Part shown: positions 1 to 43,945 of the stretch, one piece after another
Numbering within the stretch: position 1 is the first letter of the stretch
How the letters are laid out: each line of letters starts with the position of its first letter
Source: Balanoglossus misakiensis
Taxonomy: Eukaryota > Animalia > Hemichordata
Reading direction: 5' to 3'
Assembly (NCBI GenBank): GCA_040954595.2
Contig: CM082597.2
Location: 2,602,449-2,666,448, forward strand
Length of the DNA stretch: 64,000 bases
Notes under the pieces: generated by a model
Told to the model about the DNA's origin: nothing
Databases searched by the model: none
What the model saw: only the letters and a program-made list of their open reading frames with translations
Program-made: the position numbers and the translations under genes

Positions 1-1125
1 GTTATTTTACAAAACAAGGAGCACGCTTATTTTTATAGTCAGAATATTGACATTTAGCCGCCTTCCAAAGCTATGTGATTTATTATTTCTCGATGTGTAT
101 TGTATTGATGAGTATATGGTTTATTTGTAGTATATATATATTGTCATTGTCAAGCTAGAAAAATGTATTTCCATAAGTGAGACAGACCCACGCAAATTCT
201 CAAATCCACTAAATTCACTCAAGAGCTGGAAGTTAAATTGAATTGTACTTCGATTGTAATGTATAGCCATCTCGTTCGTAAAAGGTAGTCAGGGTTTTCT
301 CTGCCCGGAAATTAATGAAATCAGATGATACCAATCGATATGGTAACAGCCAGGGCTGTGTGTGGAGCCGGTGTGATGCACTTTGGACGTCACTAGGCTA
401 GCCCTCATCTTATAGTCTCGGCGACAGCTTCGCCTGCGGCTTGTGTGAGACGTTTAATCCGCAATCCTTGGTGTGTCAGATTTTATTAATCTACGTAAGC
501 TTACACACACACCATCAGCTTAGGAGATTGACAGCATTTTAATTAGGAGTAATCCCCCACCGTAATGATACATTTGGGATGTTTCACATATGGTAGGCCA
601 GCATTGGCGGTTAGACACATGCGCTGTATACAGATGGTCGGCTGTGCGACAAAGGAAATCACAAAGCACCAGGTTGAGCATAAATTTACGTCATATAACT
701 TGTTCAAATCCGCACCATGCTTCCGTTCAGTGGGGACAGCTGCGAATCGGTAACGAGACTCTTTGGCTGTTCCCAGCATTGCCACCACCCCTCCCTCAAT
801 TAGTGATAGTCGAAACTTCCTCGGTTACGTTGTTTGTTTTTAATATATGGTAAGGATATTATTCTTTCCTCTGAATGACAGCCAGTCGGGTATGCTTTTT
901 ATTGCATAATTTGATAATTCAATACCTTGTGTGTATTGCAGTGGCTGTCGAGCTACAAACGACTGCCCAGGGGTTTGACTAGCTTTGCGTGAAAATCATC
1001 TGACCCATCCAAGACTTTTGTCGGCCATATTGGATGTCTTTCTGGCCGCCATATTGAAACTGACGACGAAACAAAAGACAGCATTGGAATCATACGGCGA
1101 TATCCGAAATTATTTCAGCGAGGCG

Positions 1126-1217
1126 AGAATAGAATAGAATAGAATAGAATAGAATAGAATAGAATAGAATAGAATAGAATAGAATAGAATAGAATAGAAT
1201 AGAATAGAATAGAATAG
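1126..1217. repeat. (AGAAT)n microsatellite
   Basis: About 18 perfect pentamer units. Confidence 0.97.
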
Positions 1218-2329
1218 ATGATAAAAAGGAGACATGCGTGACATTTAAACACGAATCTTCGAATAACACTACATCATACGATGTCGTGTGTTCACATCCG
1301 GGTCTCTCCAGAAACAAGTTTGTATTCCAACGGCGCCACTCAGCGGAAAAGATCTTATACGCAAAGTCCCTTTCATTTCACACCGGCTAGGGTCAGCTTT
1401 ACCCGTCAAATTAAACGTAACATGATGAGTCGACAGGCGCGTTTGCTGCAAATTCATCAGAGACTTAGCTGGCGGGGTGCACGTTTGGATGGTGGGGGGG
1501 GGGGGGGGAGGGATTTGATAAAACGTCATGCTTCATCATTTGAAAACACGGTCGATAATCTGCGACCTTTGCGAGTTTTCAAGATCGATAATAAGTCTAC
1601 AACTATACATCTGCTTGTCACGATTTTCGAGGTTTGAATGGTTGGTCGGCGCCGCTCAAGCAACGACAGACACTCGAGACAGAGATGTTTTGTATCCTCT
1701 GTTGCCAATGGTTCTCTTCAGAAATCACGTTGGCGAAAGTCATATTTTTAGGAAGTGATTAATCCATTTATCTCTTCATATTCCTCTGGGGTGGTCAATC
1801 GATTGCGTAATAATGTTATCGTTCATCGAATCAGTTAATTGATTAGGTAGAGCTTCACTCGCTAGCTACTCAATCATATTATATATATTATTTCCATCGT
1901 ATTTATATTACGTGGATCGTATTATATATTCTCGATCGTTATATTGTGTACATATATTGTGAATGTATTGTGTATAGTTTCGGTCGCTGGTCCAACAAAA
2001 AACAGCATTCCAACAGACGTGGCTGACCGCGTCTCTTCTCTAATATTCAGTCATCCAATAGGCTGTTTCCGTTTCTGCGTTTTCACGAGGAAGTTACACA
2101 GAGCTAATTCATTTGCATTGACGTCACAGCATATCGATATTTGAAAGGTTGATGAGCTTAGGCATACGCCACGCACGATCTCGCCATGTTTACTGAGTAG
2201 TCACGGTTTTAACATTTTCATTCTCTCCCAGATATAATGCTCGTTCCGAGAATGCAAATGGGGGAAAAAGCCGTTGCCCTTTCTAACTCTAAGTAGGTTA
2301 ATTAATGCGACACATTTAACGCATTCACT

Positions 2330-2390
2330 GCCTCTCTCCATCTCTCTCTCCGTCTCTGTCTGTCTGTCTCTGTCTCTCTCCCTCTCTCCT
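2330..2390. repeat. CT/CTGT-rich simple repeat
   Basis: Directly visible. Confidence 0.85.
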
Positions 2391-5294
2391 GCCTATCGGA
2401 AGTACGTCACCAACTGACGTCATCTTTGTCGGAGAAAATGAGCAGATGGTTTTGCCATTTGCATTGGCATTTTGACCTTTTGGAGACGCGGAGTAAATTA
2501 CAAAAATACCTTTGTATAATGAACTATCAAAACGCGACGGCAAGAACAAATCGCTGAGTGACTTGATGGATTGCATATACACCTCGCGCTTGGCGCCAGA
2601 TTAATCGTTTTGTCGACAATAGACATTACAATTAATTTTAGAATTTAGGCTGTAATCATTTGATTTATGGGCCTTACTGAGTTCCCTGTCCCTCCAGCGC
2701 TTTTGAGCTGTGACACTTGGGATTTACATAGAATTTGATTGTTCTAAGGACGTTTGTGATTGGCAGAATCACTCCTCCCATTTTGCCAGGTGCGCATTGG
2801 TTGGATATTTTAGCTTTTATTGCGTAAGTAGCTCGTCGTCTGATTGGCCAATTTGCGACATGCATTTTGCATGATCGCGCATGTGTGTTTTCACTTTAGG
2901 CGACTGATTTTATTTTCATATTATATAACGATTATGGCTTGTTGTTGTTGAAGCATAGAGAGTACAAAAAAGTGCTAACTCTGCACGTTCCACAAGATTT
3001 AAGACCCCCTAACTGAGAAACTAAGGCGGGAACACCCTCTTTTTTTATTTATTTTTGCATTTAAAATTCATTGATATAGAACATATGAAAATTAGGAAAA
3101 TGACAATATTTTCTATTTTGAGTAAACCACTACCTTAAAGACGTTAATGCTTTCAGATTTGCCGAGACCAAAATAATTTCTTAGCATGGCAGAGTCGACA
3201 TAAGAGTCATCGGAGACATTCTTGGGCTTAGAACACTGATACAACTTGACACAGAAATGGTCCGGAAAAAAGGAGGACGTTAAAATTCCACAAACGTCAC
3301 ATCAAACTAGCAGACAAGATTCCTGGCCAATCTGTCATGCTGGGATATGAAGAGGGCAAGGGTCGCATTTTATCAGCGCGCCCTTTTCTGCTGTCAGCAG
3401 GGCGCGAATACAACGGTGCTTTTTACGTACTACCACTGACTTTATTTATACTAATCTGAACAAAAATGCGCATATTAGTTTTAGATAACGTTCTTTCCCA
3501 TGAAAATATTTTAGAGCTAAGCTGAATATTGTATTTTTTGCTTCAGGGGTATATATCCGAATCTACAACACCAAATTGGATGGAAACCGTTACTACATTT
3601 GAATGTGCAAGTTAACTGTTAACTTTCATATTTAATGACATTGAGCACTATAAGAGCGGGTATTTACTTTCCCATATGATTGGAAACAGTATTATTAATA
3701 TTAAAACACCGATCAGTTATTGTAAATGTTTAATATACACATCCAATCCCGCACTCCTTGAGATCTCACGAGATTAAGCTGCTTCACGACGACTGCAGAT
3801 GGCGCTTGTGCTCAGGGGTGACGTTTGATCAAAGTTGAAATGTTTGCATCCGAACGGTGCTCAGCCGGTTCCAAAGGACAAGAAGTGAGGTGATTTGCCA
3901 CTGCCCTGCACCTATACTTAGTTGACTTCACGTCAGAATCAAGGTTGAGTATCAGTTACTTCGAAGGAGGTCCAGTTTCTTCAACCGTGCGGAAGAATCC
4001 TGCCCAGATGACGCAAAGCTCAGTGGGTGGTGCGCGGATGAATACCGACATTTCATCTGATGACATACATTGAAACCTATAACCTTTCGGTTGGTATTTT
4101 GAGGTGTTGCATTTGCACGATTTTCTCGCGGTCATTGAAAAACAATCTTTTGAAGAAAACAACAATAGGGCATGGCGGGTTTGAACACCGAAGAAATGGT
4201 GATGATTTTGTTGTTGTTGTTGTGTCCCTGTAACGACTTTGATCTTGAAGTGGCGTTAACGTTCCAGCAAGAATAGGGGTCAAATGAATTTGTTAATGCG
4301 AGACGTAGTTGCGACGTGCAGCAGTACACGATTGCATTTCGGGTGAAAGAGCCGAGCGTTTCCGAAGACGCGGTTCCGACTTTTACACGGTTGAGTGGCG
4401 CAGCGTTGTTAATGTTATCGTTCTCGTTTGGCTGTACGCCAATATCTGCATTTCGCAGGCAATATTCGCCGCGGTCTTGTCGTTTTAGCCCAACAATGGA
4501 ATGTTTTGTCACGCCTTTTCAACCTTCTGAAAGGAGCTTGCTTGTTTGGGCGCTAGAAGGTCAGGCATTGAAGCTTGGCTAATGATATTATAGTGAAAAT
4601 ATTGAACCGGGAAAAGCAAGAGATGCTAAGTTTATGCAAAAAGTCTCTCGCTCTTTCTCTTCCCCCTCCCCTCTTTCATTCCTTCCGTAACCGTGTCTTC
4701 GCCTATGCTGTGTGAATGCTCTGTATTATTAACTGCGCATGCCCCTTTCACACCTAGAACGAAATAAAAACACCTTCCCCGCGAAACTATAAAAATATTG
4801 CAGCTGGCCTCACGCATCGCTTTTCCGAACTATTAACGCATAATAGATATATCAGCTTCCCAGAAGTGGGGCAAAGTTCACTGACTCTTAAAAATCAATG
4901 ACGTCAGTGTTTGCGAGATGTTTGTCAGAATTACGGAATTATCTGGCATAAGGTATTTAATCAGACCCGGTGCGACAGTTAATTTTTACGTTGTTATGAA
5001 CACGACCTTTTCTATGAATTGATTGTCACTGGGCAATTAATATGCGAGTTTCCGTTCTTCCCCTTGCCCTAGCTTATTTGTGTAATGAAATAATATCGAA
5101 TGCGTGCGCATGTTGCAGTTGTAACATATTAAATTTGTGACTTGTATACTGAGGGCGTTGTACAGTGTTTTAGAGGTGTACATTGTCGCGTCTGATCTTG
5201 CCTGATATTTTGCAATAAACTGCTAGGCAAGGACCTATGCATTTCGATCTGTGTTGGATTTTCTGAGCCTCCGAGTTTCCATGTTTATCAGTCG

Positions 5295-5308
5295 CCACAA
5301 GGGGGCGC
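5295..5308 (+). promoter_or_regulatory. CTCF-like motif
   Basis: CCACAAGGGGGCGC closely matches the CTCF core consensus. Confidence 0.5.
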
Positions 5309-5480
5309 TGTTGCAAGAAATTTTTATCACTACCACGGTCACAATTTCCATCAGTGACCCCTGGTTAAACGCCAACTAGCTTATTTTCGAAAAATTAGTA
5401 GAAATTTAAATTTGCTGTCAAGTTTTTGAACATAATGTTGCTCGACTTGACTGTCTAAGCAAAGGGCGTCGCTGTACTGT

Positions 5481-5586
5481 ACGTACATTGCAGTTACATT
5501 ATTGGAGGACAGAAATCATCACTTGAACAAACGTACATTGCAGTTACATTATTGGAGGACAGAAATCATCACCTGAACAAACGTAC
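5481..5586. repeat. 50-bp tandem duplication
   Basis: ACGTACATTGCAGTTACATTATTGGAGGACAGAAATCATCAC(T/C)TGAACAA twice with one mismatch, plus ACGTAC. Confidence 0.95.
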
Positions 5587-5605
5587 CGGGGTCAGTGTCT
5601 GACAT
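5587..5605 (-). CDS. Candidate first coding exon (MSDTDP) of an unidentified gene divergent from MRPL41
   Basis: Minus strand reads ACG-ATG TCA GAC ACT GAC CCC G|GTACGT, about 110 bp from the MRPL41 ATG in CpG-rich sequence. No downstream exon identified. Confidence 0.3.
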
Positions 5606-5715
5606 CGTGTTGGGGATCTTCGTTTCATCGAATTTTCTCCGGGCTTTGCCGGTTTTCAGATAATGTGAGACGGCCACTTCGAAATTAGAACTCTAAAGTT
5701 CCGGAGAATTCAAAG

Positions 5716-6789
5716 ATGCCGACCATTGGCAACTTAGTTCGATGTCTGACGCGAGGGGCAGATCGACACACGCGATTGACGGGAAAACGTGGACCAAGAG
5801 GTTTTATGACAAGTAAGTAGTGGCCGCACTGTTTTGGAATGTGACTTTGCGAAAGCAGGGTTTGCATAAGAAGATAGTCAGTTATCCAGTGCCCCGCACT
5901 GCTGATAAAAATCGAATTTACAGGGTTATAATTTTACAGTAATCTGGGCGATCGCTTCCCGAGGCTATGGTCTCTCCGGTACGGTGTACCATTGGGGTCA
6001 GAGGTCACACAGTTCAGGTCGCGTGTTAGCTGGCCAGGGCTAGCTGTGTGCACCTGACCAAAAGCACGCAAAATTTCATTGTGCCAAGATTCGGAATGTC
6101 AGAACTGTGACTACACAGTCGTCTTGCTGATAGCATTTATTTAAATTGTATTAATTATTCTTGATTTCTGTCTTTTTCAGCAAAATGTCAAAGTACTGGT
6201 TACTTCAGGAAAAGTAAGTTAGTTCAGATATTATGATGTGAAAGAAAAGCAACTATTCTACGGTCAAATAAAGAAATTCTTTTTTATTTCCCACTTTGGT
6301 AACATTGGGTCAGTACTGTGAAAGCAATTGCTACAATCCTCCTCATTGCTGTGTTTTTGTCCCTACAGGCTTTTTCATGATTGTGCCTGAAAAAATCCCG
6401 GAAATTATTGTACCGGATCTCAAAGACTGCCAGGTAGGTTTTTGAGACTAGAAAAGTTTCAATGAGGTTCACAACTGAAGGTCATAAATTAATAAACTTA
6501 TTTACAGTCAAAGGTTGAAAGTAAAAAATATATAAAATAGATAAGAAATGATGTGTACTGTAAAATCTCCATTGGAACTTTTGTGTCATATTGTCTTTTT
6601 GACATTTTTTTACAGCTGAACGCATACGTCTCCCATAAGTGTCCAACCACATTCCAGGGACCAGTCACAACCAAGGAAATCTTCGATGCCTGTATGGCCT
6701 CTCAGGTTATTGCAGATTTTAAAGCTGGAAAGTATGACTCCCCAGAAGACTTGAAATTATCAAAAACAGAAGAGGCTGCTCAGAGCTGA
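5716..6789 (+). CDS. MRPL41: Mitochondrial ribosomal protein L41 (mL41), 4 coding exons, 122 aa
   Basis: Exons 5716-5812, 6181-6213, 6369-6433 and 6616-6789, all GT-AG with consistent phases (369 nt). Translation MPTIGNLVRCLTRGADRHTRLTGKRGPRGF...IPEIIVPDLKDCQLNAYVSHK...DFKAGKYD matches the recalled mL41 motifs RCLxRGADR, KRGPR, VPDL and L.xYVS. AATAAA at 6915-6920. Confidence 0.92.
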
Positions 6790-7230
6790 TAGTGTGTGTT
6801 TGATCAAGTGTTCTGTTTCAGAGAGAAATATAGCCATAGCTAGCATTTGTTGTTTTGAAAGTTTCCAAAAATCAAACATCTTATTTTTAACTTATTCTTG
6901 TATTTCTAGCCAGGAATAAAGTTGTTTTACATAAAAAACACTGCCTGTATACTTGAATTATGAAATTGTGGTTTGTTTGGCACAAGATCGGTAGGCTAGG
7001 CACTTCTAGTACGTTTGAGCGCCCTCTTGTGATGGAGGATCAAGATTCTGTCCTAACTCCTCTTCATACAGAAGAAAAAAACAGCCTGGACTCTCTCACA
7101 GCGCCCTCTGTCCAGCTATTCAAAGACTTCCCATGCGCGGCTGTGGGTATGGCCCAACATGACAGTTCCCACGAGTCAAAGAACGCGCGAAGTGTGACTG
7201 CTACAATGTACACCAATGCAAACTATTGGT

Positions 7231-7392
7231 TGTTACTTTGTACTGCCCTGCTACATGGTAATACTGTGTGGTTACTTTTTGTCACTTTTTATCACATTTC
7301 CCACGTTATTTGATCTAACATGTATCGATTGGCAAGGTGACCTGGCCAGTGCGTGGGAACAATGTCGCGCACGTACAATTCAGGCGACCCTT
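7231..7392 (+). repeat. Old interspersed repeat, copy 1
   Basis: Shares ACTTTTTATCACATTTCC...TAACATGTAT..TTGGC...AACAAT..TCGC.CA.GT.CA.TTCAG with 19056-19250. Confidence 0.55.
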
Positions 7393-8642
7393 CTCTATAC
7401 TAACTCAAAATAAAAATAAAAAGGTTTTTCATGATTTTTGTAAACCTGAGACATCCGTTTGGTCCCCTGGTACACCAGGGCAATGACGTAGAACTGACGT
7501 GGAATGACGCGACGGGTGTCTTTACTGATGTTGAGCGACATTTCAAACGCCAACGTCTGATGACCACTTGAACATCTATGCACTAAAGGGCATTGACCCA
7601 GATAGATGTGTGATCGCATATTCTGGCAGAGAATGCATCCTTATGTCTCATTGCGTTCAACGTCCTCTGGGTGAAGATTTCTGGCCAATTTCGGATTTTT
7701 TAAAGGAATTTTGATGACGACAAAAGTGACCGATGAGATATTGTCGAGTCGTTCGCTTGTTATTTGTCTGTGGGTGTTCGCAGAATCGGTGAATAAGTGC
7801 ATTACCCACGTCTATCTTGGGTAAACTATATTGTCCCGCACGAGTTTTCTTGTTGACAGTGAGTGTTTACCTGGTATTACTGTGATCTTTCCTATTTAAA
7901 TAAATATTCATCACATTTAGTCTACTAGACAACTTTCGGTTCCTGTTCTCGTATGGAAAATTGTGCACCTTAAACAATCGATCCCTCCAGCAATCGCAAG
8001 ACGTGTAAGGCAGTCGATTTGACGGTGTCATAATCTGTCACGAATTAGCTTTCGACAGCAGACAATGGCCAGAAAAAAATGTAAATACATATATTCACAC
8101 AATTTATACGACCTTGATGAATCGCGAGAGTTAGCGCGTTGCCGAGGATACAGTTTCCATGGATACTCGAATTCAATTACGCAATAGCTGCTTGAGAAAC
8201 TCATAGAAGATAAAACGGTGACTATCCGACAGGGACTCGTTAAGAATGAGCATGTATGCAACATTTCTCATTTATTCTACCCCTCTCCAAAAACTACCTG
8301 CAGCCGGCAACCCTGTTTATACCCAAGATGCTCTGCCCTTGTCAGACAAGAAATTCCTCCGGGTTTTACCGGCCAGAACTGTTCTACGTGCGTCATATCC
8401 GGTTGACTTATTATCGTATGTTGCTAACGGTCTTTCTCGTTTCCCCTTTTATGAAATTCTGTAAATTTACAAGATACAAGGACGGGAATCTGCAACAAAA
8501 GAAAAAAAATGAATGTCAATAGATGCTGAAGATTGCAGTTTTGCATCAGAATGTACCTCTCGGCGAACAGTTTCAGGGAAGAGTTCAAATGAAAGTTCAA
8601 ATGACGTTCAATGCCTGCAACACATGGAGGTGCATATTATTT

Positions 8643-8652
8643 GTGTGTGCGC

Positions 8653-8700
<48 letters not shown>

Positions 8701-8776
8701 ATGTATGTATGTATGTATGTATGTATGTATGTATGTATGTATGTATGTATGTATGTATGTATGTATGTATGTATGT
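8643..8776. repeat. Compound (TG)n/(TATG)n microsatellite
   Basis: Directly visible. Confidence 0.97.
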
Positions 8777-9228
8777 ACACAGCGATTCAGAGTTTGCAGC
8801 ACGCCTTGTTGCCATGGGAGACAAGTCAATAGCGCGTGTGATTTGCTTTGCAGAGTGTTGGGAAGCGAATCAAACGATGAACGCGTGCTTTGTGGATTCG
8901 TGTTGCCTTCTGGAATGGAAACGCATATGCGATGGACTTGGCCAACGTTATTACAATGCATGTCAACCCTTTGTATATGTCAGGATACATCGCACGCATT
9001 CGATTGTGTTTTTTTCTCCCATCATTTGATTTTTCTTTCATTTTGCATGACCTCTCCACAATATTACAATCTTGCGGTCCCTGGACAATGCAGAGGCCCC
9101 AAAAGCAGGTCGTTTATTAACGCTATCGCTGCGATCAGGAACGTAATCAAGAAGTAGACGACACGCGGTAATAATCTGGGTGTTAAAAGGCTCCCTGAAG
9201 ACAGCCGAAGCTCGCTTAAGGAGGGCTA

Positions 9229-9247
9229 TGACGTCAGAATGACGTCA
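9229..9247. promoter_or_regulatory. Tandem full CRE sites about 2.2 kb upstream of the SIK3 ATG
   Basis: TGACGTCA at 9229-9236 and 9240-9247. Confidence 0.55.
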
Positions 9248-9954
9248 CGCCATGTCTTTGAGGTTTCCAATGTGCGTAATTATCGGCCCGTAATGAGAAC
9301 TAAGTGATTGCTTGCCTTACGAAGCGGCGATCAATCATGCGAAGACACGACACGACTTGACGGGAGCCTGGACGACTCTGCCGGGGTGGCTTTGTGACGG
9401 CCCCGTATCGTCGATGGATGGGCTCGCCAAATTATCTATACAGCTTGCATGTATAAACGCAGCACTCGTATAACCATAGACAGTAGACTTCTATGGACAA
9501 TAACTAAACATGAAGCGCATCATGCTTGCCATGTTGACAGCATCTGTAATCATCTATCTATAATCATGTTTAAGTCATACTGAAATTGTTGTACCGGAAC
9601 CAAATTATAAGATAATAAATAAATATATCCTAAACTGAAAAACTGCAAAGCCAGGACTTTTGGCTAATGTAGGTCATGCACGAAATAGATATGTTTCTAG
9701 ATGGTCCTCAGTCACTGAGGTTGCCTGAACTATGACAAATTATTAATGATGCCATATTTACGCTGGCTGTAGTGCCGGGGAACACAGAACTTTGGTCATA
9801 ACCGCAAACCGGTAACCTCATTCAACTATATATAGGTTCGACCATGTCCCAATTTCGTTGGCATTCTCCATGCCATGTCGTGTCATGTCTAGGTAAATTG
9901 TTTGTGTATGTGTGTGTCTAGGTCTGTGTGTGTATGATGCATGTATATGGTGCA

Positions 9955-10127
9955 GAGAGAGCGAGGATGAAGAGATAGAGAGAAAAGGGGAGAGATTGGG
10001 AGGAGAGAGAAGAGATGGGAAGACAGGGGGGGGGTATGAGAGAGAGAGGAGAGAGAATGAGAGAGGGGGGGATGAAGAGAGGAGGGAGGACGTTACCTCT
10101 GTGATCGATTGATTGATTGATTGATTG
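9955..10127. repeat. GA-rich polypurine tract followed by (GATT)n
   Basis: About 135 bp that is almost all purine, then GATT repeats. Confidence 0.85.
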
Positions 10128-11072
10128 TTTGATTTGAAATGAATAAAGGTATAATGAAACCAAGATTGCTTCTATGTTTCTATCTTTACCGAGAATAAAA
10201 GTGTATTGGTTACTTTGACCACCTAAAACACAAGTAGATCGCATGCGCTTGGGACAGTTGAGGGACTTTTGACAATTATTTCTTTTCATGCAACCGAAGA
10301 CCCCGGGAAAATCGTTTGTTCCTTAGTCCGATCCATGGGTGCAACGAACTCGAGCGACCTCAGTAGTCCTTCTACTGCAAAGTTTAATCCCATCCGCTGC
10401 AATAATTTTTCTCTTGATTCTTGGTATTTTCTCCGCTGACCGGCTGGCTATTTATTGCATGCATGGAATTGGAGGGGGGTTCTCGCAGATAACGAGCGGA
10501 AATGAACGAATGAATTGAAAGAGTTGTGTTTTTTTGGAGGGGACTGTCACGGGCCACTTGGTCCGCACAAACGGGGGATCGGAAAGCGGGACGGTCAACG
10601 ATCGCTATGAATAGGGGTGAAGAAGAAAAAGAAGCGGAGGGGCAGACTTTCGTGTTTCATTCACCTCAGGGCTTTTCTCTACACGGGTCAACATGATCTA
10701 CACAGTGCGCTGGGGTTTAGAACATGCTGAATCGGGCAGACCAGAATGAAATACTATTGGCTGGTTGGTTGCAATGGATGGGGTTGTTTCTGAAACAAAT
10801 GTAGGGCACTCCGGTTAGTCCTTTTCACATGCAAACGATTCAACGTACGGTCATCAAACTGTAATAACATGGGATCATCATTTTGAGGTCGTACACATTT
10901 CCCCTTTATATATACCATGCCAACTGTAACCTAGCCGAGGGACCTTGGAAGTTGGATGTGCAGCTCAGAACCACTGCATTGCAACATTATGATACAAAAT
11001 GTATACCTTCACTGGTAGGCCTACATGTATTCTGAAGTAGGCTACATGTATTATGCAATTCTCATGCCTGTG

Positions 11073-11073
11073 C

Positions 11074-11108
<35 letters not shown>
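11073..11108. repeat. (GA)n tract upstream of SIK3
   Basis: Directly visible. Confidence 0.9.
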
Positions 11109-11321
11109 ATTGACGCAAATCGTTAACATAATATTACTTTGAAACAGTGTGGCCTTTACGTCATCACGTACTTCGACAAACACAATCATCATAGGGAATT
11201 GACCGAAATCAAGGTCTTCGCAAAATTTTATGTCGCCAGTTTTCTGGTGAAAATGAAACCAAGCCAACATTCCTTTCCCAGTGTTGACAGCATGGAGATC
11301 GAGTTGATCAAACTCAGATGA

Positions 11322-42806
<31,485 letters not shown>

Positions 42807-43887
42807 GATTAGATGGAAAAAATTGGTATTTATTCTTCCACCCCCTGTTCCAAAAATAGTATGATCCATTCGCAAAAAGAATTGGTTGCAACTATTGCTA
42901 ATATGGGGGTAGAAGCTGTGTTTAGATGTACAGTACTATCAGACTGAGTTTATTTTTAAGTGATTGACAGACAGTCTTGTCTGTGTGTATGTATTTTAGT
43001 TTTTATAAGTTTTTCCAAGCTGAAGTTTCATATGTTTTGAAAGTCACCAAATAGCATTGTTTCTAGTCAGTTTAAAGTGTAAAATTTTGCAAAAATAATG
43101 GCTGTTGTGGGAGGTGATTTTCTCTTTGTACGTGGCACCAGTATTTGTTATTCTAATAAGAACCAATAATTTGACATTGTAAGAGCAAAACTGTTCTTTT
43201 CCCGTGTGTTTTCAGTGAAAAAAAAAATGAAGTGAAACCGTGAATATTTTTTTATTTCATCTTGTGCAATCTTTGTATAGTGTCAATTTTGAAGGTAAAT
43301 TTCACTGCGTAACTCGATAGAGTCCCAAGTGTGTGTGCCATGTTTATATTTTTTTTCCACAGCTGTGTTTGTTCATGTCAGTAGTCAATTCTTTGAGCAT
43401 CACTTTGTGTCTGTCACACTGGTGTTGTCGCAACTTTTTTTCTGTCAGTCACCTCGGTAGAGTTAAAAAAAAACAGAATTTGGTAAAATGAAAAAATACT
43501 GTAATGGGGATTCTTTTAAATACTTTGAATGAATTTGGAGGTTTGTTTCAAAATTCACAGATAAAATTAAAAATGTCAGTTGAATATTATCACCTTTATT
43601 GTACCCATAATTTTCGGTTCATATTTTAGTTGAAATTGTCTTGTATTATCCCTCAACTTGTCAACATGCTTCAGAGCCAGCTTTCTTATATCCAAAATTA
43701 ATGAAGAATGTAATTTGAGTCTTTGATTTATACTGTTGTTCGCAGAATGCTTGTAGACCGACGTGTTTCAACTGTGGTCAACACATCAAACAATGTATTG
43801 CAATGAAAGAATCATACATAGAATAATCGATATCGTATGTGGAAGGAACATCATGTGAGAGTGTTAGTCAGAGGCAGAATACTTGTT

Positions 43888-43945
43888 TGCCAAATTTGGA
43901 AGAAAACTGCCAAATTTGGAAGAATCTGCCAAATATGGAAGAAAC
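43888..43945. repeat. About 19-bp tandem repeat, 3 copies, in the presumed SIK3 3' UTR
   Basis: TGCCAAAT(T/A)TGGAAGAA three times. Confidence 0.85.

Noticed and set aside
543-4817. Short ORFs at the left end as exons of a further gene
   Set aside because: No recognisable protein motif and no chain of phase-compatible splice sites found.
8513-9157. Several 70-214 aa ORFs (CMYV/HTYI repeats)
   Set aside because: Artefacts of the stop-free (TG)n/(TATG)n microsatellite; the same applies to 1090-1317 and 27223-27564.
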